A stretch of 64,000 nucleotides of DNA from contig JANJGN010000052.1 of NCBI GenBank assembly GCA_026770705.1, positions 372,001 through 436,000 of the forward strand, written 5' to 3'. The position numbers and the translations under genes are program-made. The DNA comes from Isurus oxyrinchus (Eukaryota). This document shows, one piece after another, positions 50,034 to 63,469 of this stretch; positions within the stretch are counted from its first letter, which is position 1, and each line of letters begins with the position of its first letter. The notes under the pieces are model-generated. The model was not told the DNA's origin. It saw nothing but the letters and a program-made list of their open reading frames with translations, and did not search any database.

Positions 50034-53000
50034 GAATTAAAAAAGTTAGAGTCCAATAAAAAACGTAAAAGAATATATGATTAATACATTTGCTTGTCTT
50101 TGAGAAATAGATTGCTGACGTTTGCAGCTGTTCAAGGTTAATTGGTTTCCTGTGGCATCCTGGTGGTGATTTGATTCAGATTTGCACTTTGTTGAAGATG
50201 CTCTGTTAGCTTCAGAAAGAGAGAGAGAGAATTTCTGCTCTTTTCCAGCAGTGTTTTTGAGTGACTGCCATCTTTCTTTTTCCTCCTACTTTCTCTTATA
50301 TCTGCTTGACAGAACCTGTTGTTAAACTCCTGTCTGTATATTCCCAAAGGGAATTCGATCAGCATGTCTTGCATTCATTGTTACAGACCAAGTAATCCCA
50401 TTTTTTTGATGTTTGCATCTCTGAAACATTTGATGCATTTCAAGATATAGATCAACAGGAGATGGAGACATTTCATTCTCCACAAGGGGTGTTGAATGTT
50501 TGATGAATATCTGCATGGTGAGCAGATCCCATTACTTTGATAGACCTACAGTGATCAGAGTCCAGCGCTTTGCATTTTTAAGGGAGACCCTGTTTCAAGT
50601 GTACACTGACACACCTCAGTGAGAACTTTCATGCAACATGTCTGAAGTGCAATTCATTTGAAGCTTTCCAGAGAAGTGATCAAGTTTGCAGTATCAGCAA
50701 TCAGGTGACTCGTGACAGCCATTATTGATCAGTGCCTAATCTTGTACTTTTGAAAAAACAGGTCTCCTTTAAACAGTTCAATACATTTTTGGCTCGTTGA
50801 TGAAGTTAAAGGAAGCTCTGTTATGACATAACAGATGGTAAATGCTGAGCTGTTCAAATCCTGGAGGGAAACTTGAAACAACTGTCACAACTAATTTCCA
50901 ACTTGTATGTTTTGAGGTGTGAGCTTTAAATTCAGTAGTAATGAGGTTAAGAGGTTTAAGAGGTAATTCTGTTTACCTCAACAGGTTCACCACTTGTCTG
51001 ATGCAGTCAGGAGAGGAAGATCATCTCTCCTCCAAACCTGGTAAACTAAACATTTCCAGAATTGGATCAGTGTCTCCAGTTAGTCATTCATCTGACAGGA
51101 TTGACTCTACAACCCTGGGGACTCATTCTCCTGTAAGTAAAACACTTGCTGCTCCAATCAACTCTCTTCTGTATAGCATGATATTTGGATGTCCCAAAGC
51201 ACTTTACAATTTGAGTTCACCCTTTTTTCAAAGTGTAAGAGGTTTTTTATAAAACTAAATTAAACATTGATTAACAAGAAAAATTATTTTTAAGCACACA
51301 CATATATCTATAAATTGCTACTATAATAACTTCTAAATCTCTTAATTAATTTAACTTCCATTTACACTTTTGTTCAGGCAACAGTAAAACACTGAGACTT
51401 TAAAAGTCCCAGGAAAAATAAACGATACTCTGGACAGCTGAGATCAAAATGAGTTATCTTAACTTCAGTCCCTGGAGGCAGCAGCTTGGGACATGCAGGC
51501 TGATGGCTTTTCACCATTGTAAGCTCTTAAAAAGACCAACCCTTACACACAGCCTTCACTCCTTGATACATATTTTCCCCTTTGAATGCAAATTCCCATT
51601 GTTTTTGTTTTGTCTTTGGACTTTATTTTTGTAATAATACAAATCTCTCATAGTCCTAACTTTTACCAGTAATCTTTGGCAAAAATAAACACACTGTTTC
51701 TTATCTTCACCTGGCTGGGTGACACATTTCTCTCCTTCTTTGAAAACAATCTAGTTTGGTTTAATTTAAAATGCAAATTGCCCCCTTTACACTTCACATT
51801 CTAAAACTTCCCCATGTTTATCTAACAGTTCAAACCTAACTTCTCTTCTTCCATCAAAACACCCAGACCAGCTTCCTCTAATTCCAATAAGTCTCACACA
51901 AACACATCACAGACACATGTGGACACATAGACATGGACTCTATTTTACAATAAATTCCAATAACATTATGGAGATTATTATATATTCCTGACATGCTATC
52001 ACTCAGTCGCAGTTTCCTGTCANNNNNNNNNNNNNNNNNNNNNNNNNNNNNNNNNNNNNNNNNNNNNNNNNNNNNNNNNNNNNNNNNNNNNNNNNNNNNN
52101 NNNNNNNNNNNNNNNNNNNNNNNNNNNNNNNNNNNNNNNNNNNNNNNNNNNNNNNNNNNNNNNNNNNNNNNNNNNNNNNNNNNNNNNNNNNNNNNNNNNN
52201 NNNNNNNNNNNNNNNNNNNNNNNNNNNNNNNNNNNNNNNNNNNNNNNNNNNNNNNNNNNNNNNNNNNNNNNNNNNNNNNNNNNNNNNNNNNNNNNNNNNN
52301 NNNNNNNNNNNNNNNNNNNNNNNNNTGGTTGACGGGGAGTGAACTGGCTCCCTTTCTATTCAAACCCCATGGTTGGTCACAAAAAAGGGTTTTAAAATAT
52401 ATTTTCCCCCAAATGCAATTTCCAAAACAATTAAACCACGTTCGGTTGAGTCAAAGAAAGAGTTATTTTACTCGTTACCTAACTGGAGAAANNNNNNNNN
52501 NNNNNNNNNNNNNNNNNNNNNNNNNNNNNNNNNNNNNNNNNNNNNNNNNNNNNNNNNNNNNNNNNNNNNNNNNNNNNNNNNNNNNNNNNNNNNNNNNNNN
52601 NNNNNNNNNNNNNNNNNNNNNNNNNNNNNNNNNNNNNNNNNNNNNNNNNNNNNNNNNNNNNNNNNNNNNNNNNNNNNNNNNNNNNNNNNNNNNNNNNNNN
52701 NNNNNNNNNNNNNNNNNNNNNNNNNNNNNNNNNNNNNNNNNNNNNNNNNNNNNNNNNNNNNNNNNNNNNNNNNNNNNNNNNNNNNNNNNNNNNNNNNNNN
52801 NNNNNNNNNATTATGGAGTCCAATAAAAAATTAAAAGAGTTGTTAGCTTATACTGCAGCGTAGGCTGTGAAGTTTGAAGCTGTTTTAAATTAGTTGGTTT
52901 GCTGTAGAATCCTGTATTTCATCTGGCTCAGATTTTCACGTTGTTGAAGACACTCTGTTAGCTTCAGATATTGTTAAAGGCCAAGTACTCCCATTTTTTA

Positions 53001-54309
53001 TCTTTGCATCTCCAAAACATTTGATGCATTTCAAGATATAAATCAACAGGAGATGGGGGTATTGTATCCTCCAGAGGGGGTTTTGAATGGCTGATGATTA
53101 TCCGCTTGGTGAGCAGTTCCCACTGTTTTGATAGAACCACAGCTGATCAAAGTCCAGCACTTTGCATTTTAATGCCTTCCTTTTAAGAGTGTCCCTGTTT
53201 GAAGTGCACCCTGACACACCCCAGGCGTGACCTTCCATGCAACTGGTCTGCAGTGCAATTCATTTGAACCTTTCCAGAGAAGTGATCAACTTCACAGTAT
53301 CAGCAATCAGATGACTTGTGTCAGCCATTTTTGATCTGTGTACAATCTTGTATTTCTTTGAAAAACAGGTCACTTTTAGACAGTACAATATGTCTTTGGT
53401 CTGTTAGTTCAGTTGTAGGAAGCTCTTAATCGCAGTTTGCTGTCATTGGGATATTGTCTTTGTGTTTGTATTTGTGCACGTGTGTGAGTGAATGTGTGTG
53501 TGAATGTGTGAATATGAGAATGTAAGTGTGTTTGTGTCTGTCTGTAAGCGTGTGAGCGTGTGTATGTGTGTTTGTGTATGTGTGTGTGTGTGTCTATGTG
53601 TGTATGTGAGTGTNNNNNNNNNNNNNNNNNNNNNNNNNNNNNNNNNNNNNNNNNNNNNNNNNNNNNNNNNNNNNNNNNNNNNNNNNNNNNNNNNNNNNNN
53701 NNNNNNNNNNNNNNNNNNNNNNNNNNNNNNNNNNNNNNNNNNNNNNNNNNNNNNNNNNNNNNNNNNNNNNNNNNNNNNNNNNNNNNNNNNNNNNNNNNNN
53801 NNNNNNNNNNNNNNNNNNNNNNNNNNNNNNNNNNNNNNNNNNNNNNNNNNNNNNNNNNNNNNNNNNNNNNNNNNNNNNNNNNNNNNNNNNNNNNNNNNNN
53901 NNNNNNNNNNNNNNNNNNNNNNNNNNNNNNNNNNNNNNNAACTTCCCTGAGTGTGGCCGGTGTGTTTAACATTTAAGCCACACAGACAGGATGTGGTTAA
54001 AAGGTGAAACCACAAGGAGTGAGTGTGTATTCCAGTGACTGTCTCTCTGTGGGTTTCCTGTGGGTTTCTGTGAACTGCCTGTGGTTTTAAAAAAAATCTT
54101 CCAACCCCACATGCACGGCATCAAATAAGGATTTGGAAGATGCAGCTCAGAGAGTAACTAGTCCCTCCTCCACTCTTCATCCTCCTGCTCCTCTGCGTCC
54201 CTCCTCGTCTCTCTCCTCATACTCCCACGCCTCCCCCTCCTCAACCCCCCACCTCCCTCCACCTCATCCTCATCTTTCTCCTCCTCCCCTCCTCCTCCTG
54301 TCGAGTCTG

Positions 54310-55400
54310 ATGCACAGGAACAGGAAGAGGCCATTCAGCCCCTCTAGCCTCCTTCTCTATTTGACTACATCACAGCTGATCTGTATCTTAACCCCATCCA
54401 CCCGCCTCGGTTCCGTGACCCTTAACCCCCGACCCAACAACAATCTCCCAATCTCAGTTTTGAAATTTACAATTGACCCCTCCCAGTCTCGACAGCTTTT
54501 TCTGGGGGAGAGAGTTCCAGATTTCCACCCCCGCTTTGTGTGAAGAAGTGCTTCCTGACATCACCCCCTGAACGGCCTGGCTCCAATGTTAATGTTCTGC
54601 CCCCTTGTTCTGGAGCNNNNNNNNNNNNNNNNNNNNNNNNNNNNNNNNNNNNNNNNNNNNNNNNNNNNNNNNNNNNNNNNNNNNNNNNNNNNNNNNNNNN
54701 NNNNNNNNNNNNNNNNNNNNNNNNNNNNNNNNNNNNNNNNNNNNNNNNNNNNNNNNNNNNNNNNNNNNNNNNNNNNNNNNNNNNNNNNNNNNNNNNNNNN
54801 NNNNNNNNNNNNNNNNNNNNNNNNNNNNNNNNNNNNNNNNNNNNNNNNNNNNNNNNNNNNNNNNNNNNNNNNNNNNNNNNNNNNNNNNNNNNNNNNNNNN
54901 NNNNNNNNNNNNNNNNNNNNNNNNNNNNNNNNNNNNNNNNNNNNNNNNNNNNNNNNNNNNNNNNNNNNNNNNNNNNNNNNNNNNNNNNNNNNNNNNNNNN
55001 NNNNNNNNNNNNNNNNNNNNNNNNNNNNNNNNNNNNNNNNNNNNNNNNNNNNNNNNNNNNNNNNNNNNNNNNNNNNNNNNNNNNNNNNNNNNNNNNNNNN
55101 NNNNNNNNNNNNNNNNNNNNNNNNNNNNNNNNNNNNNNNNNNNCCACCATCCGGGGAAATAGTTTCTCTCTATCGACCCCATCGAATCCTTTATTCATCT
55201 TAAACCCCTCGATTAGATCACCCCTTAATCTTCGAGACTCGAGGGAACACAAGCCTGGTCTGTGCAACCTGTCCTCGGGATTTAACCCTTTCAGCCCCGG
55301 GATCGTTCTGGTGACTCTGGGCTGCAGCCCCTCCGAGGACAATATCCCCTCCCTGAGGTGTGGGGTCCAGGACTGACCCCAGTGACTACAGGTGGGGTCT
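54310..55400 (-). mobile_element. CR1-derived element with an internal N gap
   Basis: SLESRRLRGDLIEGFK; paralog of 39.8-40.4 kb. Confidence 0.85.
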
Positions 55401-56439
55401 GAGAGGGGCTTTAGAAAACTGTGCCAGACACTTCAAAAACTTCTTAAACACAACCCTGTATCGAGTGCCTTAGAATACTGGGGCCAATATTTACCCCCAA
55501 CTAACACCCTAAAAACAGATGGTCTGGCTCATTCTCACATTGCTGTTTGTGGGAGCTTGCTGTGCGCAAATTGACTGTGGTGTTTCCTACATTACAACGG
55601 GGATCTGCACTTCAAAGATAGTCCTTCATTCCCTGAGAAATGTTTTTGAACAGTGGATGCTGTGGAACAGTAGGAAACATGGCAGACAATTTCTGCACAG
55701 CAGGATCCCACAAACAGCAGTGAGATACAGACCCAGAACATCTGTTTTTTTTTAATGATGTTGGTTTAGGGATAAATATTGGTCCCAGGACACTGGGGAT
55801 AACTGCCCCCACCCGACTCCATACCCACCCCCTACACTTCACCCAAAAAGTGTCCATGGGGTTTTTGACATCCATCCGAGGTGTCCACTCTGTGCCTGTT
55901 CCAGGATCTTGAGGCTCAAGACCCAACACTGGGTTCACTTTGAGCCTATCCAATCAGGCACAGGGACTGTTCCCACAAACTGCCAGGCCCTGACTTAAGG
56001 CTATTGATCCCTCGCGGCATGAGAGGGATGATGGGTTGAAGGTCATCTTTCACCCGAATCCTGTCTTAACAACATTGTAAACGCAGTGGAAAAATCCCAC
56101 TGGCCCCTTGTATCTTAACAACATCGTAAACATGACCTAAAGAATCCCCTGGTCACCCCTGAGTGTTTCTAATATTGTAAATACAGTGGATATATTTCCT
56201 CCATCTTCTGAGAGGTAAAACTATGACACTAGAGCACCACCACTGGCAGGAGGGTGTAACTACAATGTGACATGTTTACATGGGAATGTTACATTACAAA
56301 TGAAGGTACATGATTGTAAATAATGAAAAGGGCATGTGATAACAGGAAATGGTGCCTTGGAGAATGCAGTTATTCACCAGAGTATGGTATTTCATTTGAA
56401 AAACAATATAGAGAAATGTCTGAGCATTTTAATTGCTTG

Positions 56440-57500
56440 TTTTTTATATTCATTTATGGGATATGGACGGAACTGGCGAGGCCAGAATTATTGCCCATCC
56501 CTAATAGCCCTTGAGAATATGGTAATGAGCTGCCTTCTTGAACTGTTGCAGTCTATGTGGTGTAGGTACACCCACAATGCTGTTAGGGAGGGTGTTCCAG
56601 GATTAGGACCCAGTGACTGTGAAGGAACGGCCGATATATTTCCAAGTCAGGATAGTGAGTGACTTGGAGGGTAACTTCCAGGTGGTGGTGTTACCATGTA
56701 TCTGCTGCCCTGTAATTCGAGATGGTAGTGGTCGTGTGTTTGAAGGTGCTGCCTAAGGAGTTTTGGTGAGTTCCTGCAGTGCACCTTGTAGCTGGTACAC
56801 ACTGCTGCTACTGTGTGTCGGTTGTGCAGAGAGTGAATGTTTGTGGATGGGGAGCCGAACTAGTGGGGCTGCTTTGTCCTGAGTGGTGTTGAGTTTATTG
56901 AATCTTGTTGGAGCTGCACTCATCCAGGCAAGTGGAGAGTCTTCCATCACACTCCTGACCTGTGCCTTGAAGACGGTGGACAGGTTTTGGGGAGTCTGGA
57001 GTGAGTTACTCACTGCATGATTCCCAGCCTCTGACCTGCTCTTGTAGCCACAGTATTTTTATGGCTAGTCCAGTACAATTTCTGGTCAATGGTAACCACC
57101 AGGATGTTGATAGTGGGGCATTCAGCAGTGGTAATGTCATTGAACATCAAGGAGCGATGGTTAGATTCTCTCTTATTGGAGATGGTCATTGCCTGACACT
57201 TGTCAGCCCAAGCCTGGATATTGTCCAGGTCTTGCTGCATTTGGACAAGGACTGCTTCAGTATCTGAGGAGACGTGAATGGTGCTGAACATTGTGCAATC
57301 ATCAGTGAACATCCACACTTCTGTCCTTATGATGGAAGGAAGGTCATTGATGAAGCAGCTGAAGGTGGTTGGGTCTTGGACACTACCCTGAGTAACTCCT
57401 GCAGTGATGTCCTGGAACTGAGATGATTGACCTCCAACAACCACAACTATCTTCCTTTGTGCTGGGTATGGCTCCAACCAGTGGAGAGTTTTCCCTCTGT
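56440..57500 (-). mobile_element. CR1/L2-clade LINE RT plus 3' region
   Basis: GVTQGSV..P..FSCFINDL...MFTDDC. Confidence 0.88.
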
Positions 57501-58740
57501 TATGATGTGGTAGATGATGTGTGCCGGGGGACCAAATCCACAAGGGAAACTTGGTCACACTATCACAACAGTTTTGCGATTTGTATTTATTATGAGATGT
57601 GTGCACTGAATTCAGGAGTAATGTGTCAACCAAGACATTTAGAGATCTTAAAAATTAAATTTTAATATTTATTTAAGATTTAAAGCACACACATAAGGAT
57701 ACGGTTACTACTATAACAAATCCTAAACTTCCTAATTAACCTTGAAGATGGTGGACAGGCATTGGGAAGTCTGGAAGTGAGCAGTAAAACTCCTTTTAGG
57801 CAATAAACCAAAATAGATTTTAGATTTAAAAACAGAACCAGCAAGTTAACACAGAACACACTTGAGAGTGGATTTCCAAATGGCTTTCTCGAACGACAGT
57901 CGCTGAACATAACAGACCTATGGACAAATGCCTGGAGGCTTCTTCAAGGCTGATTCACACACTCTTGTTAGATTTTACATGATCCCCAACATAGCCTTTC
58001 ATTCTCCTTTGTTGATGTTTCTCTCTCTTTGATATGTAAATTTCATTGTTCCATATGTCTTTGGAATGATACATTTCCCATAATATAAAAACTTTCATGT
58101 TGCCAATGTTGTCAATAACCTTTGGGAAAAATAAACACACTCCTTTGCCTTGCATATCGGCCTCGTTGTAAACAGACCAACAGCCCTTTGAAATCCAAAC
58201 AATCCCTTCACTTACCTAAAAATTAAAATTCTCTTTCTCACCTCACATGCAAAGAAAGCCTCCATGTTCACTCATTAGCATTTCAAGTACATTTCTACAC
58301 CTAGCTTCTTTTGATAATCTCAAACTTGCAGTCTACCTGACTCCAGGTGTAATTAAACCACACAGACAGACCCATCTACACTCACACCCATAAACCTAGT
58401 TTACAACAAACCAGGAAAATATTAAGCAAATTATTATACTTTCGTACCACCCCTGATTCCCATTGACTCCAGTTTTACTCGGGATCCTAGATGCCACACT
58501 CGGTCAAATGCAGCCTTGATGTCAAAGGCAGTCACTCTCACCTCACCTTGTATTAACAGATGTTAAATTATACATAATTCATAAGCTTCTCACAATCTTT
58601 TACAGCATGGAAAAAGGTGCAGCATTCAGAAAGCTCACTCAGAACCAATAAAAAAAAGTTGAGCAACATCATATTTCTGTTCATTACTATTTGGCCATGT
58701 TGGCTGCACACACCCCACAGCCCCGCTCCCTGTTTCACAC

Positions 58741-58989
58741 TCAGTTTTTCTGGAACCTGATCTGTGCGTATTCCGTGTCCTCGCTCCTGTGCACAGTCCT
58801 GTCACCGCCGGGCAGCTTTGGAAAGTTGATGTTGGCGTAGAGAAGCTTGGCGGGATTGTCGGGGTTCCCATGTCCAACATCGCCTCCCACTGGACCTTCA
58901 GAGAGATCCCGGGGAGCTGGGGTCTCCCCCTCACTAGTTGTGTCTCTGGTTGTGTTCCGGGGCTCAGTAATCAGCACGTTCTGTTTACC
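58741..58989 (-). CDS. Gene D: distal terminal cytoplasmic exon with ITIM LLYANI and ITSM-like TEYAQI
   Basis: ctctgtag acceptor, phase 0, 249 bp to TGA; motif pair as in CD33-related Siglec tails. Confidence 0.88.
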   Translation of the reverse strand, partial: GKQNVLITEPRNTTRDTTSEGETPAPRDLSEGPVGGDVGHGNPDNPAKLLYANINFPKLPGGDRTVHRSEDTEYAQIRFQKN

Positions 58990-59480
58990 CTACAGAGAAA
59001 TGGAAACAGAAGATATCCTCACATCAATTACTGGTACTGATAGGGTTAAATTATTGTGCAGCCTCATTAGTGTCAGTCGTATCTCAGTGGGTTTAACCCT
59101 TTTTTTCACTCTCTTTCTCTGTCTCTCTCGCTTTCTCTCTCTCTTTATAATTTAATCTCTATCACACTCCAACAGTGCAGCACTCCCTCAATACTGACCC
59201 TCTGACAGTGCAGCACTCCCTCAGTGCTGACCCTCCGACAATACAGCGCTCCCTCAGTACTGACCCTCTGTCAGTGCAGCACTCCCTCAGTACTGACCCT
59301 CCAACAGTGCAGCACTCCCTCAGTACTGACCCTCCAACAGTGCAGCACTCCCTCGGTAATGGCTCTGGTGAGTGATGGCTTGGAATCTGCACACAGGTGC
59401 CTGGTGTGAGGCTCAATAACATGAACCTTGTAATCAGAGAGAGGATGAGAGAGAGGGAGAGAGGAGGGACAGAGACAGAG

Positions 59481-60413
59481 TGTTATTAATCTATTAATGT
59501 TTGTATTATAAATGCAAACTGTCTTTTTAAACAGAGGTTTAGTCTGTGTGTGTGTCTGTGTGTATTTTAATTGGATTAAAGCCAGCCAGTCTGGGTGCTT
59601 TGATGTATAGTAGTTTTCAGATGTAAACAAAGAGGTAAAGTGGTAATTTGCATTTTTAAATAAAACATTAAATGCCTGAGAGTGAAATCTTAAACCAATC
59701 AACGTTTATATTACTAATAAAATTGATACGATGAAAGGGGATTTATTATTGGAAGAGATGGAGTTCAAAGGTCCTGATGATACATTGCGAATTTACCTTC
59801 AAACAGAAGCCATAAGACCATCAGATATAGGAGGAGAAATTAGACCATTCGGTCCATCGAGTCTGCTCCACCATTCATACATGGCTGATATGTTTCACAA
59901 ACCCCATTCTCCCACCTTCTCTCCTAACCTTTGATCCCCTGACCAATCAAGAGCCCATCAATCTCCGTCTTCCTTACACTCAAGAGCTGGGTATAACTTG
60001 AGCAGTTTTGTGTGTGCAGAACAGAGGCTTGTAACATCAAAGCAGCTGTAAGCCTACACCTGTCTGCAAAGGAACCAAAGTGAAAGGAACCTCATTTGGA
60101 ATTTGTGAGGTGAAAATGCTTTGCCTGGGTGTCTGCTTAAAGATAATGGGTTGTCTTAGAGGAGATTAGTTTGAGAATTTGTTAAAAATTTATGATGATA
60201 CTAGTTTGTAGCCATGTGCATATGTTTAACTTGTGTAAATTAATATATGTCTCAAGTAGTTTGATATAAAACCATCTCAAGAACTGGTGGTCTTATTCCT
60301 GAATTTAGAGCTGCATCTCAAACATTCCACTGGGAAATATAGGTTATGACAGTTGTTTAAAGTTTCCCTCTGGGATTTTAAACAACAGCCTTTACCAGTT
60401 TCTGTGTCATAAT
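59481..60413 (+). mobile_element. Probable solo LTR with a CR1-tail insertion (~59800-59980)
   Basis: Paralog of 62580-63333. Confidence 0.55.
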
Positions 60414-60549
60414 AGAGAGACAGCATGATACTGAACCATTGCTGACTCCACAGATACAAATCAGTGGGTAACTGGGCTGGGAATCTGGGACATGTGTTGT
60501 CTACACACTGAGATTGAAGCTTTGGAGTGAGTGTAAACAGCTCCTGTAC

Positions 60550-60631
60550 CTGGTGCTTCACACAGAGTGAACTGGGGGTCAATGCAATGTCTCTGGTCCC
60601 TGAAACTCTCTCCTCCATCGCTGTCTTTCTC
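60550..60631 (-). CDS. Gene D: distal juxtamembrane cytoplasmic exon (RKTAMEERVSGTRDIALTPSSLCVKHQ)
   Basis: ttgcag acceptor, cag|gtacag donor, 82 bp, phase 2 to 0, fits terminal exon. Confidence 0.8.
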
Positions 60632-61820
60632 CTGCAATAACACAATATGACACTGTGGTTATCATATAGCAGAGAGTCAGTGCAGCACAGACATAGAGCA
60701 CACTGTAACCTTACACCAATGACTGGACTGTCTCTTTAAATCACTTCTGCACAAAGCACAGAATCTAGAATCTTGACACCATCCAGGACAAAGCAGCCCG
60801 ATTGATCTACACCCCATCCCCCACATTAAACATTCACTCCCTCCACCATGAACACACAGTGGCAGCAGTGTGTGTACCATCTACAAGATGCACTGCAGCA
60901 ACTCAGCAAGGCTCCTTCAACAGCACCTTCCAAACCCACGAACTCTACCATCTAGAAGGACAAGGGCAGCAGACACATGGGAACACCACCACCTGGAAGT
61001 TCCCCTCCAAGTCACTCACCATCCTGACTTGGAAATATATCACCGTTCCTTCATTGTCGCTGGGTCAAAATCCTGGAACTCCCTCTCTAACAGCACTGTG
61101 GGTGTACCTACACCACATGGACCGCAGCGGGTCAAGAAGGCAGCTCACCACCACCTTCTCAAGGGCAATTAGGGATGGGCATTAATGCTGACATCACCAG
61201 TGACAGACACATTCGATGAAAGAATTAAAAATCTCACAGCTCAATCTATTTATTGTGACCCTGCTGCACACACTCCCTGTCGAAGGAGCCTTTGTGGTTC
61301 TATTGTTAATCGAAGCAGATCAGAGTTACTACAACCACTTGCATTTATATAGCACCTTCAATGTAGCAAAATGTCCTAAGGCTCATCTGGGGATTGTTAG
61401 TGACATCTTCACCTGACTCTGAGGCACATGAGGAGATATTAGGGACAGGAGACCAACAGCTGAGTCAACAAAGTCAGTTATTAACGGGCATCTTAAAGGA
61501 GGAGCTGGAGATAGGGAATGAGAGACAGACACAGAAAGAAAGACAGAGACAGGGAGAGAGAGAGAGAGAGAGAGGGAGAGAGCGAGAGAGAGAGGGAGAG
61601 AGAGAGAGAGAGAGAGAAAGACAGTGAATCTCTATCCCCAATGGCTCAGCATCCAGTCCTCTCTGGAGAAGCATTTCATTCCAAACCACACCAACCGCAG
61701 CCCAATTCCATCCCTTCCTCCCTCTTTCCCCCTCTCCCCCAGTGGGTGTTTCCTGTTCCCAGGAATCTCAATCACTACCCCCACCCCCATACCTCCTCAC
61801 TCACTCTCCCCATTTCTCAT

Positions 61821-62069
61821 TCAGTTATGCTCGAACCTGATCTGTGCGTATTCCGTCTCCACTTCCCTGTGGACAGACCCATCACCACTGGACATCCTCA
61901 AGACTTGGGGATTGGCGTAGAGAAACTCTTCAGGTTTGTCAGGGTTCCCATGTCCAACATCGCCTCCCACTGCATCTTCAGAGAGACCCCAGGGAGCTGG
62001 GGTCTCCCCCTCGCCAGTTGCGTCTCTCTTTGTGTTCTGGGGCTCAGTAATCAGCACGTTCTGTTTACC
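61821..62069 (-). CDS. Gene D: proximal terminal cytoplasmic exon, ITIM altered to FLYANP, TEYAQI retained
   Basis: Intact acceptor, 249 bp, open to TGA. Confidence 0.85.
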   Translation of the reverse strand, partial: GKQNVLITEPQNTKRDATGEGETPAPWGLSEDAVGGDVGHGNPDKPEEFLYANPQVLRMSSGDGSVHREVETEYAQIRFEHN

Positions 62070-62579
62070 CTACAGAGAAATCGAAACAGAAGTTATCCTC
62101 ACATCATTTACTGGCACTGATAGGGTTAAATTATTGTGCAGCCTTGTTAATGTCAGTCGTGTCTCAGTTGGTTTAACCCTCTCTCTCATGTCATATGAAA
62201 GATACCACCTATGGCAGTGCAACGCTCCCTCAGGACTGACCCTCCGACAGTGCAGCACTCCCTCAGTACTGACCCTCCGACAGTGCAGCGCTCCCTCATT
62301 ACTGACCCTCCGACAGTGCAGCGCTCCCTCAGTACTGACACTCCGACAGTGCAGCTCGCCCTCAGTACTGACCCTCCGACAGTGCAACACTCCCTCAGTA
62401 CTGACCCTCTGTCAGTCTTGCACTCCCTCGGTAATGGTTCTGGTGAGTGACAGTTGGATTCTGCACTCAAGTGTCTGGTGTGAAGCTCATTAACATGCAC
62501 CTTGTAATCAGAGAGAGGATGAGAGAGAGAGAAAGAGAGAGAGAGAGAAAGAAAGGGAGGTTGGGATAGAGAGAGAGAC

Positions 62580-63333
62580 TGTCATGATGCGATTAATAAA
62601 TATCATGTTATTGGAAATTATTTTTATTCACATCGGGGTTTAGTCTGTGGGTGTGTCTGTGTGTGTTTTAATTGGATTAAAGCCAGCCAGTCTGGGTATT
62701 TGATGTATAGTAGTTTTGAGATGTAAACTGAGGCATAAAAATTTGTATTTTTAAACAGAGCATTCAAAACCTGAGAGTGAAATCTTAAACCAATCAATAT
62801 TTATTTTATTGATAAAATTGATACTATGACAGAGGATTTATTGTTTGAAGGGATGGAGTTCAAAGGTCCTGATGATACAATTAGAATTTACATTCAAAGA
62901 GAAGAGCTGGGTATAACTTGAGCAGTTTTGTGTGTGCAGAGCAGAGGCTTGTAACATCAAAGCAGCTGTAAGCCTACACCTGTCTGCAAAGGAACCAAAG
63001 TGAAAGGAACCTCATTTGGAATTTGTGAGGTGAAAATGCTTTGCCTGGGTGTCTGCTTAAATTCTATGGGTTATCTTAGAGGAGATTAGTTTGGGAATTT
63101 GTTAAAAAGTTATGATAATACTAGTTTGTAGCCATGTGCATATGTTTAACTTGTGTTAATTAATAAATGGCTCATGTAGTTTGATATAAAACCATCTCGA
63201 GAACTGGTGGTCTTATTCCTGAATTTAGAGCTGCATCTCAAACATTCCACTGGGAAATATAGGTTATGACAGTTGTTTAAAGTTTCCCTCTGGGATTTTA
63301 AACAACAGTCTTTACCAGTTGCTGTGTCATAAC
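62580..63333 (+). mobile_element. Probable solo LTR (TG...CA ends)
   Basis: tgtcatg...tcataaca termini with internal AATAAA. Confidence 0.6.
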
Positions 63334-63469
63334 AGAGAGACAGCATGATACTGAACCATTGCTGACTCCACAGGTACAAATCAGTGGGTAACTGGGCTGG
63401 GAATCTGGGACATGTGTTGTCTACACACTGAGATTGAAGCTTTGGAGTGAGTGTAAACAGCTCCTGTAC

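Noticed and set aside
4770-55376. ORFs containing long X runs
   Set aside because: Artefacts of N gaps
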